This document shows, piece after piece, positions 44,021-57,225 of a stretch of DNA of 64,000 bases (positions within the stretch are counted from its first letter, which is position 1; every line of letters starts with the position of its first letter). The translations under genes were made by a program, and so were the position numbers. The notes below the pieces were generated by a model. That model saw only the letters and a program-made list of their open reading frames with translations. It had not been told where the DNA came from and did no database searches. Source of the DNA: Eledone cirrhosa (lineage: Eukaryota); the NCBI GenBank assembly GCA_964016885.1, contig CAXHJY010001289.1, forward strand, positions 1 through 64,000, given 5' to 3'.

Positions 44021-45676
44021 GTTATAAATGAAAAAGACATCAACAATTCTACAGATACATCTACACATAAAATTTCCAACAACGATAACATCATTATTAA
44101 CAACAACATCACACAAAAAAAAGAAAATGTCTTTTGCTGACTCAGTCAACAAGAAACAAGATTTTATAAATCTTGATATCTCCAACGCAAGAGATATGCT
44201 CCAGCAAGGGAGAAAATTTGTAACTTTCGAAGAAAGAGGTGGGTTTAGAATTAACTCACCCCTTGAAATAAAGGAAGACACAAACCGCCGATCAGTCACT
44301 TTTAGGACTGTGTCAAATTCAAGAAAACCGACATTTGTTAATCAGTCAGATATAGAAGATTCTTTCAAGGAGATTCTAGGAAATGTCGATTTTCTTCAGC
44401 GAGGAAAACAGTACGGAAGTGTTTCCGTACTGTTTAAAAGCGAGACACTGGCCCAAAAAAGCTCTGTGACACCAATAGTGTCAAAATCATACACCTTTTT
44501 CCCTACATACATGGGGAAAAGGACACGAAAGATAAAAATAAAAAAATATACCTCCAAGCATTAACATCTGGTGGATCTTGGCTGGCTTCGTAGAGCCAGA
44601 AACAGACATAATACTTTCGATACGAAAATCCATTCGACAAAGGTGGGCGGGCACAGATTTGGAGATTCTGTTGCAAATGAAACCGGAGAGAATCTCCAAA
44701 ATACCCGAAAGAGTCGTTATTGATAATAACAACAAAATAAACATTTCGGTAGAAGGAAGAAAATTTCACTGCTTTTGCTGTGGTAGCACATCTCACCTAA
44801 AAGCCTCTTGTCCACAAACACACAACAGCAACATCATAAAAAAAACGCTATTACCAACACCAACACCAAAACAACCACCACCACCACCACAAGTACAACG
44901 ACAGACGAAACGAGCAACCACACCAAAACAAACAGACACTCAACCAACAACAACAGAAAAAACAGAGACAACACCCCTGAAGAACACATCCCCACTCCAT
45001 CCCACTCCATCAAACACTACCACAAACACACATACCGAAACACCACCACCACCACACAACATACCCTTACCCCACACACCTGACGATGATTATTCATCGA
45101 CGCATGAAGCTGCTTCTCCTTCTTTAAGTGAAGAAGAGGGAGAACCGCGGAAATCCAAAAAACAAAAAAAGAGACACCACAAAACCCCCAAAACTCCAAT
45201 CACCAACACCAACACACAACCACAGACACAAACAACAACACAAACAACACCACAGTCAAACACCCTCCTATCAGCAAAACCAGCACCAACACCACCCCAA
45301 ACACAAAGCACCCACCATAAAAAGAAAACTCCCGGATGAACAACAAACTAAAACAATACAACAAAAACACAAACAACAATACGCATACATCAACACAAAC
45401 AACAAGAGTTTGATGGAGGTCATCTCCCAAAACCCCAAGGTGGAGACGGAGGGCAAAACTTTCGTCAAGGCAGAATCGTCTCCACACCTTAAACTTATAA
45501 GGGTTTCTATGGAAACATATAAAGACCTGAAAATTAAATTTCCACAGGACGTGGGCAACCCCTGCCACAAACCCATCAACCGCGTCCTGTTGAAAGGTTT
45601 CCCCACCCCACTCAACACCCCATCCAGCACCCAAATGGAGATTGAACAACCCGATCTCCAGGAAACGAAAAGGTAA
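44021..45676 (+). pseudogene. Frameshifted ORF1 of copy D
   Basis: Pieces 44028-44564, 44578-45339 (CFCCGSTSHLKASC) and 45128-45676 match successive parts of ORF1. Confidence 0.88.
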
Positions 45677-45717
45677 GTGCACCTTTCGTCCTTTTTCTCC
45701 AACTTTTCTTCACCAAC

Positions 45718-48700
45718 ATGGCTGGTTTACGTGTTGGAACCGTGAATGTGCGTGGCCTAGGGATGCCCTGGAAACAGGGCCAACTTTTAAACGACCTTAG
45801 GTCACACAGTATGGATGTGATAGCCATCACCGAGTCCAGAATCCACAACAGGCAGCAACTAACCCCCATCTTCGACGACTTTGAGATCTACGCATCTCTC
45901 TGTCAGCCAGGAGGTGGAGGTGGAGTGGCTGTTATGTTTCGGAAGAACCTGGACGTCGGAGTACAGCAAGTACACTTGGACCCGGAGGGTAGACTGGTAG
46001 TCCTAGACGTGAACAGTATCGGAGGTGGAGCCTTCAGACTGGTGGCCGTTTATGCCCCGACCGGGCAATCGCAATCACGGCCAGACTTCTTTAAGCATCT
46101 AGAGTCTTTTCTGGGAACGTCTCGCTCCTTACTTTTAGTGGGGGACTGGAATGGTATCCTAGATGCACGATGGGACTATGTGAGAGCATGTCCCATGACC
46201 ATGCGGGGTGCAACAGTCTCAAAACTTTAATCGGCCAATTCCAACTGGCCGATAGGTATCGACTGGATTTCCCGACTGCACCACAGTGGACGTGGGTAAA
46301 CCGTAGTGGGACATCTAGATCGTATTTAGATAGGTTCTTCATTAGAGAAAGGGACAAGGATATGTTAAGCTGTACACGAATGCACATGGTTGCCTATTCA
46401 GATCACAAGTTAGTCGTCTGCTTAGTCAACCGTGATAGAATACATAAACAGGGTCCCGGATACTGGAAGCTGAACGTGTCGTTGCCGGCACGTAAAGCTT
46501 ACAGTGAACGGATAAGTAAACTAGTCAAGCAACAGTTTACGGGAGCCATCGTCAACAATAGATGGTGGTACTCTCTCAAGAAATCAATTAGAATAGAATC
46601 GATAGGTTATAGCAGAGAGTTAGCCTTAGAGAAAAACAGAATAGAAAGAGAACTAGTAGCCAAGGTAGAGGAGGCACTTAGAAGTGGCAACGCGGCTAGA
46701 GTGTTAGCGTCGAGAACGGCACTGGACCAGTTCTTCGATGCGAAACACGAAGGCTGCGTGGTCAGAAGCAAAACACGTGTTCTAGGAAACGAAGGAGCGA
46801 AAGCTGTCAGCTGGGCCCGAGTGGCGGAGGCAAAAATTGGCAACAAGTCCACGATTCGGTCTTTGAAAGACCAAAACGGACGCGTGCTACTTGACCCCAA
46901 GCAAATGTGCGCGGCCTTTCAGCCGCACTTTGCGCGACTGTTTGAGCAGAACGACGGTGAGCCGAACGGGGCAATGGACTTTAGTTCATACCTCGACGGC
47001 CTGCCGCGTCTCTCGAACACGGACGCCGAGTTCTGCGAAAGACCGATCACGGACACTGAGATACGGGACGCTCTGGGCCGCTGCGGGAAACGCAAGTCAC
47101 CCGGTCTAGATGGTCTACCCTACGAATTTTACATAGGCATGCGGGACTTGTTCTCTGGCGTCCTCGAAGCCGTCTACTGCAATTGGCAGCAGAACGGGAG
47201 AATTCCCAGTTCTGCAGGCAAGGGCGTAGTAACGCTGATCAGGAAAGACGAGAACAAGGGGGACGAAATTAACAACTTCAGGCCCATAACTCTGCTCAAC
47301 ACAGAGTTAAAGATTTTGGCCAAGGTGCTAGCGACGAGGTTGGCGCTTGTCGAGAACCTGGTAGGGAAAGCGCAAACGTGTGCAATCCCGACCAGGTCCA
47401 TACACGACAACCTCCACCTCATGCGATACATCATAGAGAGGGTGGGTAGTAAACCCGGCTTCGGTGGGGCTCTGATCAACTTGGATCAGTCTAAGGCATT
47501 CGATAGGGTCGACCATCGATACTTGGAAGCGGTTCTCAAGGCGGCCGGTTTCGGTCCCGTGTTCAGAGGATGGATCGAGGCGATGCACACCAGCATCTGC
47601 TCGAGGGTCAAGGTGAACGGCTACCTATCGGAGCCGTTCGCAATCACGCGTTCCATTCGACAGGGATGCCCTCTCTCCTCCATTCTGTATGTATTGACTC
47701 TAGAGCCACTACTGCGGAAATTGGAGCTGTTGCAGGGCATCCCCTAGAACCGGGACTGCGCAAAGCGGCGTCGGCTTATGCCGACGACGTGACAGTAATG
47801 GTGTCGAGCACCTCGGAAATCGGGGTGATCGGCAACATACTGAAAGAATACGAAACGCTGACGGGAGCAAAACTAAATCCAGACAAGTCTGTCGGTTTGC
47901 AACTCGGTACGTGGAGAGGCAAACCGATGACATCCGACAGCGTCGTTGGACGCTGGACGGACGGACTGGTGAAATTGCTCGGGGTCTGGTTCGGTCCAGA
48001 CCTCCAGGTGGAGAAAAACTGGAACGAGGTCACGGCCAAGGTGTTTGCACTCACTCAGAAGTGGGCAGAGTGCAAACTGTCCTTGAAAGGTCGAGCGGAG
48101 GTGGCGAACACTTTCATAGCGTCCGTCATCTACTACCGCTTGACTGTCGTGCCTTGTCCCCGTGAACACCTCGCCAAGATGGAACGCATGCTCTTCCAGT
48201 TTCTGTGGAAGAAGCAGGCTCCGCTGGTGAGGAGATCCGTCTGCTGTCAGCACCCTTCCAACGAAGGGCTGGGAATGCCGTGGCTGATGATGCGCAAACA
48301 TGCGCTGAGGCTGCGGCATCTCCAGGTATTCCTCACCGACCCCCAACCGGTGTGGGCACCGTTTGTGAGACAGGCTTTCCCACAGCTCGTCTCGCTAACG
48401 GAGCTGCAGTCCTGGGTGAAGAAAAGACCGAAAACGATGGCCGCCTGGCACATTGAATGCGCTCAGGCGCTCACAGTCCTCTGGCAAGCGGGCGCAGCAA
48501 TCAGTGGAGACTCCACTTCGACATTCTATAGAGGGATTGTACGTTACAAGGGCGACGACGTGCTCGGAGAGACTCTGGGCGTCGAAGTCGATGAGCTCAC
48601 CAGTATGTTTGGTAGGACTTTCCGCCCGGGACCTATGGACAACTTCCAGAGGTCCCTGGCCTGGCAGTGCTACCGAGGAGCTCTACCGGTTCGTGACAAG

Positions 48701-49161
48701 ATCTACAGGCACGGACGCCCTGGCAGGGATCCTGCCAAGAGGACGTGTCCAAGATGTGCGCAGGACATTGAAACAGTTCTGCACGCAATTGTACACTGCC
48801 CGGGCGTAAGCGACCTGTGGAACTATGCAGAACAACTGCTGTCGCGTATGGGACAAATACAGTTGACTGCCGAGTCCATAGTAAGGATCAAACCGCCAGA
48901 CTCTTTCAAAAACGAAAGAGAGGCGGTTTTCCTCTGTACGGTGGCTATGGTGAAAGAAGTTATATGGTGGACGAGGTTGAGAGGACTGAGGACAGATGCC
49001 TTTCTCTCCGGACAACAATTGATTCCCTTCTTTAAGTATCACTTTAGAAGGAGAATCAGTTGGAGAGAGAGGCACTACACCCCAGTAAATTTACTGAAAG
49101 GTGGGTGAATGAAGCGCAAATGGCCCGAGTGATTGGGCCTTCTCTGTTTATAAGCCTGTAG
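45718..49161 (+). pseudogene. Frameshifted ORF2 of copy D
   Basis: Pieces 45718-46230, 46170-47747 and 47570-49108; frameshifts near 46190, 47745 and 49060. Confidence 0.92.
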
Positions 49162-49393
49162 GTTGAGGAATGGAGCAAAAGGAAGAAAGGAGCACTTGCA
49201 CAACACGCTCCTTGAGTTGAGGGTTGTTCTATTGACGGGGTATTAAACAACCCATTTGTGGCGCCTCCCCCCTATTGGGGATTTCGATTGTTGAAATTGT
49301 TTGTTTTTATATTTTTTACACGACTGTATGTAAAATCCCCGGCATGTTTTGTATTGTCCCCTTTCTTGTTGCGCCCTTGTGGCTAATAAAGAA

Positions 49394-49447
<54 letters not shown>

Positions 49448-49470
49448 ATATATATATATATATATATATA

Positions 49471-49518
<48 letters not shown>

Positions 49519-49572
49519 TTTACATATCTATATATATATATAATATATATATGTGTATATATATATATTATA

Positions 49573-49635
<63 letters not shown>

Positions 49636-49699
49636 CCTTGACGGAACTAGCATGTATTTTAACTGCTAGGACCGGTTGCAACTCCATATATATATATAT

Positions 49700-49870
49700 A
49701 AGAAAAGAGTCAGGATGCCGACGGCTGAGGTCCGGCTGTTTCGACAGTTAGATATGTACTGTTCAGATCGACCTCGGAGCTCACACGTCGGTGGCCTGAC
49801 TCTTTTCTTATTACCCTAAGTATTGAGTACTCTGGTGCGTTATGGTCCCCGTGGTATCTTACCACCCCCC
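49700..49870. mobile_element. Foldback PLE terminal fragment (family also at 52447-52640, 54225-54427, 56552-56745)
   Basis: Arms aagaaaagagtcagg/cctgactcttttctt; shared tail ccctaagtattgagtactctggtgcgttatggtcc. Confidence 0.65.
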
Positions 49871-49874
49871 TTTG

Positions 49875-49907
<33 letters not shown>

Positions 49908-49994
49908 CGTAGGTCCCGGGTTGAGTCGGGGATAACCACAGTAAGTAAGGTACTCAATGCATGGCAGAGTAAATTTTTTTTATTTTATAGAAGG

Positions 49995-50045
49995 AGCTTC
50001 TACAGGACTAGTACTGTTTCATTCAGATGAAATCTTCAGGAAGCT
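49995..50045 (-). ncRNA. Type I hammerhead ribozyme in the PLE pLTR
   Basis: AGCUUC-CUGAAGA-uUUCA-uc-UGAAu-GAAACAG-uacuaguc-CUGUA-GAAGCU. Confidence 0.87.
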
Positions 50046-50619
50046 GGGTGTCATATTAAGTTCTGGTATTTATACATTTAGGTAGTGGTAAGGGAGGGGT
50101 GGTGGATGGGGGGTGGGGGGGATGGTATTTAGATACATAGGACCACAAGAGGATTGGTTAACATTGGTAGCAGACAGAAAAGTCTATCAGGGCAGTAGGT
50201 GCGGTGTGGGGTGGCTGAACTTGCCTGTAGAACAATAGCGCAGAGGGTAGAGCCGGTCAAGCGTTGAAGGTGAAATCTACACGGCAAATTCTAAGGAATG
50301 TGTATGAAAGTATGCCAGGGAAGGTAGGCGAAAAAAGATTTCTTTAGAAAATGGAGTAGGGACTTTTTAGAAAAGGTAAATCAAATGAGATTAGGAGACA
50401 AAAAAAAAATATAATAAAGAAGAATATAAAAAAATGAGAGACAGATATATCAGAATGTAAAGTTGGAAAGTGAGAGGTGAAATAAAACAAAAACTAAGGA
50501 GTCTAACACATCTGCTACATTTAGTTGATGCTGCTTTTTCGGCCAATTCTGTAGATTGGGTTGCTACATGAGTATTATTGAAAGTAGTACAGACCGTCTC
50601 CGTAAACAACTTATCAACT

Positions 50620-51660
50620 TTTTTCCGGGACTGGTGTTTTAAAATCACCCTACAAACGTCCCTAACCCGAGTAAATTTCCTGGACGTTACCCTCAACCTC
50701 GAAAATGATCTGTACTACTCATAGAGGAAACCAAACTTCAACCTGCACTACATCCACCGCCGCTCTAACCATCCTAGAAACATCACCAACAATCTGGTTA
50801 AAAACATCTCCCTCCGCATATCTCGTTTGTCACCTAATGAGCAGATATTCGACGAACATGCCCCTCATTACAACCAGGCCCCTAAGCGGTGTGGCTTCCG
50901 GGAAGAAATATCCTTTTATCCAGCTTCCCTTAGCGGAACCAGCAGGCGACCACGCCGCTCACGCCACGTAACGTGGTTCAATCCTCCCCCACAATGCCGA
51001 GGTGGCAACACCAATCGGGAAACTCTTCAATAGGCTCCTCGAAAAAGACTTTCCACCACAAAACCGCTACACAACATAATCAACTAAAACACTATCAAGC
51101 TATCCTACAGCACCACACGTAACTTCGTACAAAACAACGTCTCCTCAAACAACAAAAAACTCAACCCCTATGGAAGAAACAACCTAAATATTAGTGGAGA
51201 ACCGACCAGCAGGTGTAACTGCCCTGATAGATCTTCGAGCCCCCTCAACAACAGATGCCGAGAACGTAACGTGATCTACCAGTGCAACGTGAGGATGGAC
51301 ACCTCCAACAAAGCTTATATAGTATTAACCGCTTGTTACTTTAAGACCCAACACCGACATACAACACCAACATACGTTCCGAAACACGGTCCGGCGACAT
51401 GCCAACACACTTTCGGGCCATATCTGGGCCCTCCAAGATAATAATATAACTTACCATCTTACTTGGAGCTTACTGTCCAGAGCTAACTCTTACACGGCAG
51501 GATGCCGTCCATGTAACTTATGCTCGGAGGAAACATTACAAATGCTGTTTACGAAGGATCAACTCTTAAACAGAAAATATGAACTGGTAACTGCATGCAA
51601 ACACAGATTGCGGAAGACTTACCTCGCCCTCAAACCCCCTAACGATCCGGGTGGGTAGAC
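50620..51660 (+). pseudogene. PLE RT thumb, linker and GIY-YIG endonuclease (decayed)
   Basis: VNFLDVTLNL, RKPN..YIH..SNHP, VTWFNPP, IKLSYS, CNC..PLNNRC..NVIYQC, LSGHIW, CNLCSEE, LLNRKYELVTACKH; stops and frameshifts. Confidence 0.87.
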
Positions 51661-52446
51661 GAGAGCTGAAACACCCACTTGCCGATAAATATGGGGAAAA
51701 CCACAAATTATATAGGTAGATGTACCCCTTTTCTTTTCCTCTATGTTTTCTTCTTCACTTTGTCTCCGCCTATCACTTCTTTCCACCACCGGACTTCTTC
51801 CTCGTTCGTTCCTTTGTTTTTTTTTCCTCCCTTTTCGCCTACCCGACGCAGCCCATCGGACCTCTTTAGCCTCAGTACCCCCACCCCAGTATCTTACAGA
51901 TAGCATTCGCTGATTACGCTATACTAACTAATCATAGCAGCTGTGTTCGACCCCAGAGATGTGGTATTAATTTTTAATACACAATTTTAATTTTCAATAA
52001 TTCTCATGTAGCAACCCAATCTATAGCATTGGCCGAAAAAGCAGCACCAACTAAATATAGCAGATGTGTTAGACGCCTTAGTTTTTGTTTTATTTCACCT
52101 CTCACTTTCCAACTGATATATATGTCTCCCATTTTATATATTCTTTTTTATTATATTTACTCTTTTTGCCCTAATCTCATTCATTTTACCTTTTCTATAA
52201 AGTCCCTCCTCCATTTCTAAAGAAACCTTTTTCCCCTACCTCCCTGGCCTACTTTCATAAACATTCCTTAGAATTTGCCGCATAGATTTCACCTTCAACG
52301 CTTGACCGGCTCTACCCACTCCCCTATTGTTCTAAAGGCAAGTTCAGCCACCCCACACCGCACCTACTGCCATGATAGATTTTCTGTGTCTGCTACAAAT
52401 GTTAACCAATCCTATTGACAAATACAATCTTCCCATATAAAGAAGT

Positions 52447-52545
52447 ACCCCTTGAAAGTTTCGGCTATTTATTTACCAGACTAAAAAAACTCATACTTTA
52501 GTCCAGATATTGCCGTCAAAACGGCTTGAGCTCAGCCGTCGGGGT
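52447..52545 (+). ncRNA. Decayed type I hammerhead (U3:A8-type core, long stem II)
   Basis: ACCCC-UUGAAAG-..CGGC...GCCG..-AAAACGGC-uugagcuca-GCCGUC-GGGGU; sister copies have GAAAC. Confidence 0.6.
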
Positions 52546-52758
52546 CATACGTTCTCCTATTTCCCACTCTACTGCCCTAAGTATTCAGTACTCTGGTGCG
52601 GCATGATCCATCTGGTTCCGTACCACAACTCCTTCGTTATATATATATATATTATTAAGCTAAAATTATCAGGCTAAATTCACTTTAGTCAAAAATACGG
52701 TAAAAACTATTCTATTTTCTAATTTCAAACCTGCTCACTGTTTCAAAACATACTTACT

Positions 52759-53500
<742 letters not shown>

Positions 53501-53501
<1 letters not shown>

Positions 53502-53638
53502 AGTGGTTACACAACAGTTAGTTCACCATAGCGAGAACAATTGTTTCACCTTAGCGGATCCTCAGCTCGTAATCTGAGGATCCGCTAAGGTGAAACAATT
53601 GTTCTCGGTATGGTGAACTAACTGTTGGGTAACCACTT
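53501..53638. repeat. 65-bp-arm inverted repeat (foldback PLE terminus)
   Basis: Arms 53501-53565 and 53574-53638, two mismatches seen, 8-nt spacer. Confidence 0.92.
53532..53569 (-). ncRNA. Minimal type I hammerhead ribozyme
   Basis: CGAG-CUGAGGA-uCC-gcuaa-GGu-GAAAC-AAUU-GUU-CUCG; palindromic stem III ACAAUUGU. Confidence 0.8.
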
Positions 53639-53739
53639 CTACCTAACTCGTCCCATGGACTGAGCGCTCTACCACTACGGATATTACCTTCCAGTGTTCT
53701 ACCACTATATATATATATCTAAGGCGGGTAAAATTCCCG

Positions 53740-53967
53740 AGATCCATGGACGAGTTCTTTCCATGGACGAGTTCTTTCTCTGTCCCTCATTATCGCTGGC
53801 ATGTCCTGCGTCTCCAACAGACCAGTGTCTGTCCTTAGGGCATCAACATACGTTAACCTTGGTCTTCCTCTTCTAGTGTCTCCATGTAGGGAGCATCCCA
53901 AAGTCAGCTCAAAATTGACACAGAGGAGACTGAGGTTAGCTGGACATGCTCACCAACATCCAGAGTT

Positions 53968-53970
<3 letters not shown>
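53740..53970. pseudogene. RTE-group LINE 3' fragment with internal inversion
   Basis: Minus strand GDTRRGRPRLTYVDALRTDTGL..MRDR; plus strand SKLTQRRLRLAGHAHQHPE. Confidence 0.65.
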
Positions 53971-54013
<43 letters not shown>

Positions 54014-54099
54014 GAAAAATTGAACAGGGACAGAACAGAGAGGCAGTACAATAAATGTTTATTAAATTCACGCTCAGGAGAGTGGGGGGTAGGTGGGGG

Positions 54100-54131
54100 A
54101 CGACGTTTCGGTCATAAGCCCTTCTTCAGGT
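54100..54131 (-). ncRNA. Minimal hammerhead core of PLE type, weak stem I
   Basis: AC-CUGAAGA-aGG-gcuuauga-CC-GAAACGUC-GU; downstream aataaa on the same strand. Confidence 0.6.
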
Positions 54132-54183
54132 GAGAAGTGTGTGGGAACAGAGTTAAAGGTTTGTAGGGGAGTGGTGGAGAGAC

Positions 54184-54217
<34 letters not shown>

Positions 54218-54304
54218 ATATATAACGAAGGAAATGTGGTAAGGAACCAGGTGGACCATAACGCACCAAAGTACTCAATACTTAGGGTAGTAGAGTGGGT
54301 AATT

Positions 54305-54425
54305 GGAACGAGTAGGACCTCGACGGCTGAGCTTAAGCCGTTTCGACGGCTAATTCTGGACTAAATTTTAGTCCAGAATTAGCCGTCGAAACGGCTTGAG
54401 CTCAGTAGTCGAGGTTCTACTCGTT

Positions 54426-54427
<2 letters not shown>
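54305..54427. repeat. Inverted repeat centred in an HHR stem II loop
   Basis: ggaacgagtagg...ctggactaaa-t-tttagtccag...ctactcgttcc. Confidence 0.9.
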
Positions 54428-54498
<71 letters not shown>

Positions 54499-54897
54499 AC
54501 ATATACATATATTACATATATTCATGTGTATGTGGAGAGGTGTTTACCAGCTTCGTGCGCGTACATCTGTGACTCAGTCTATCTCCGATTGATGGAATCG
54601 AAAATACGAATTCTGAAATTCTGATAGTTTTCACTGACTCGTTAATGACGAATTTGAAGCTGAACAAAAAAGAGGCTAATTATTAGTTTTAACTTTCAGT
54701 TGTCTCCTTCGTAAAACGAAGAATTCCTCAATTATTTAATTAAATGCTGTCTATACGTCTTTTCAAACAAAGGACCATATACATAAAATATATATATATA
54801 TGTGTGGTGTGCATGTGTGTGTGTGTGTGGTGGTGTGTGTGTGTGTATGTGTGTGTATGTGTGTATTAGTGTATGTGTGTTTGTGTATTTGGATGTG

Positions 54898-54936
<39 letters not shown>

Positions 54937-55064
54937 CCTAGTATGTTTATATATCAGTAACAGGCTACAATAATGGCCATTAATTAGATAAAATTAGAGA
55001 AAGGAGGAAATTCGAAAATAATTATGCTTTCTCGCTCCTTGCAAAAGAGAAATTATATATATAT

Positions 55065-55112
<48 letters not shown>

Positions 55113-55524
55113 TGTAATAATATATGGTGTAAAAATATATAAAATACATATTGACTTTGTATTTGATTAAGTATATATGTATATATGTATACTTTACAAA
55201 TATATTCAAACAATCGTCTCTTTATTCCACGCAGCGAATATTTAGTTTGGAGTATTTTCGTTCTCAGTAAATATAGGCTATTTAATTAGGCAGAAGCTTC
55301 ATTCTTGTTTGCACGTTGTTAATTTCACATTTCCATGGCTATTATTTCGTGAAAAGCAATTTATTTCATTAGACAACTGTAATTCATTATAGAAAGTGTA
55401 CATATATATATTTTCTGTCATTCCTACGAAATTACATGTTTTTCGTCTATTGAAAATGTATTATACTAGTGTATATAAATATGGATATAAGCGTGTGATA
55501 TATATATAAATTTATATATATGTA

Positions 55525-55910
<386 letters not shown>

Positions 55911-55952
55911 TTTGCAAAAGACAGTGGTTAAATATAGGAGTGATTAGGATTT

Positions 55953-56006
<54 letters not shown>

Positions 56007-56335
56007 GGGGCAAAGAGGAGAGAGAAAGAGAGACAGAGAGAGTGAGAAAAGGGGGATGGCAGGGGAAAAATATGTATTTTCTAATGTGTAAAGGAACGAA
56101 ACTCTATTTCTTGATACACTCATATTTTTTAGACGGGAATTATATAAGTATTAATATAATACTGCTTTATACTCTAAAGTTTGATTTTTAATTGAAGGTA
56201 TAGGATCACTTATCTATTGTTTCCGGTTAGATATATAATTCATAGATATTGTATTTTATATAAAGATTCCAAACTATACTGACGATATCATTTTTATAAT
56301 TTGACTGATCTCATAAAACATACATATGCATATAT

Positions 56336-56515
56336 ATTTAATATAGAAATGGCTTCTACAGGACTAGAACTGTTTCATTCAGGGGAAACCATCATGATTT
56401 CCTCCGAATGAAGCAGTTCTAGTCCTGTAGAAGCCATTTGTATATTAAATTACTTTTACTCTGCTATGTATTGAGTACCTTACTTACTGTGGTTATCCCC
56501 GATTTAACCCGGTAT
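56336..56515. mobile_element. Foldback PLE terminus (same family as the 30825 and 49995 HHRs)
   Basis: Arms meet near atcatgat (~56391-56398); tail matches the reverse complement of 49908-49975. Confidence 0.8.
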
Positions 56516-56551
56516 CTATATATATATATATATATATATAAATAGTAGAAA

Positions 56552-56745
56552 GTATGAACCTGACGGCAGAGCTCAAGCCGTGTCGACGGCTATTTCAGTC
56601 CAGAAAGAGCCATCGAAACGGCTTGAGCTCTGCCGTCGGGGTCATACGTCGTACGTACTTTATCCTATTACCCACTCTACTACCCTAAGTATTGAGTACT
56701 CTGGTGCGTTATGGTCCATCTGGTTCCTTACCACAACTCCTTCGG
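56552..56745 (+). mobile_element. Foldback PLE terminus (52447 family)
   Basis: gtatgaacctgacggcagagctcaagccg / cggcttgagctctgccgtcggggtcatac, then the family tail. Confidence 0.8.
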
Positions 56746-56784
<39 letters not shown>

Positions 56785-57225
56785 ATATATATACATACTT
56801 ACATGCATGCATACTCACATACGGGCATACACACACATACATACATACACACATACATACGCACACACAAACATACATACATTCAAACATACATACATAC
56901 CTACATACCTACATACATACACACACATACATGCATACATACATATCTACATAGATAAATACATATATACATACATTCATGATGCCAGTCACTCTGTGAA
57001 CGGGCGTGGCTATCAAACTACATTAGCTTCTGGTCAAGTGGTGACTTACAATGTTTTGCACAGCCGTGTAATGTTCTCAATGTAAAAGTTTGGCCTCCTG
57101 ATGACATTGTGCACTTTCATGAGCCTTTTCAGGTCGCCAGCAGATCTGCATACTTTGTCATAGTTTATGCATATCTAATTGTAGTTCCGGTTATGGCAAT
57201 TTGGTAATCGGCAGGGGTTCTATAT

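Larger units (their letters stand above)
44021..49446 (+). mobile_element. Older diverged Tx1-like copy D, lacking its 5' end
   Basis: Homologous ORF1 and ORF2 broken by frameshifts; ends AATAAAgaa(ATCT)n at ~49385-49446. Confidence 0.93.
49908..52416 (+). mobile_element. 5'-truncated Penelope-like element with inverted 5' pLTR
   Basis: ~50148-50583 is the reverse complement of ~51992-52416; the coding remnant lies between them; HHR in the inverted pLTR. Confidence 0.88.

Noticed and set aside
49636-49680. TTGACGG-CTAGCA/TGCTAG-GACCGGTT hairpin resembling a hammerhead
   Set aside because: Both conserved boxes are broken and stem I is absent; at best a relic
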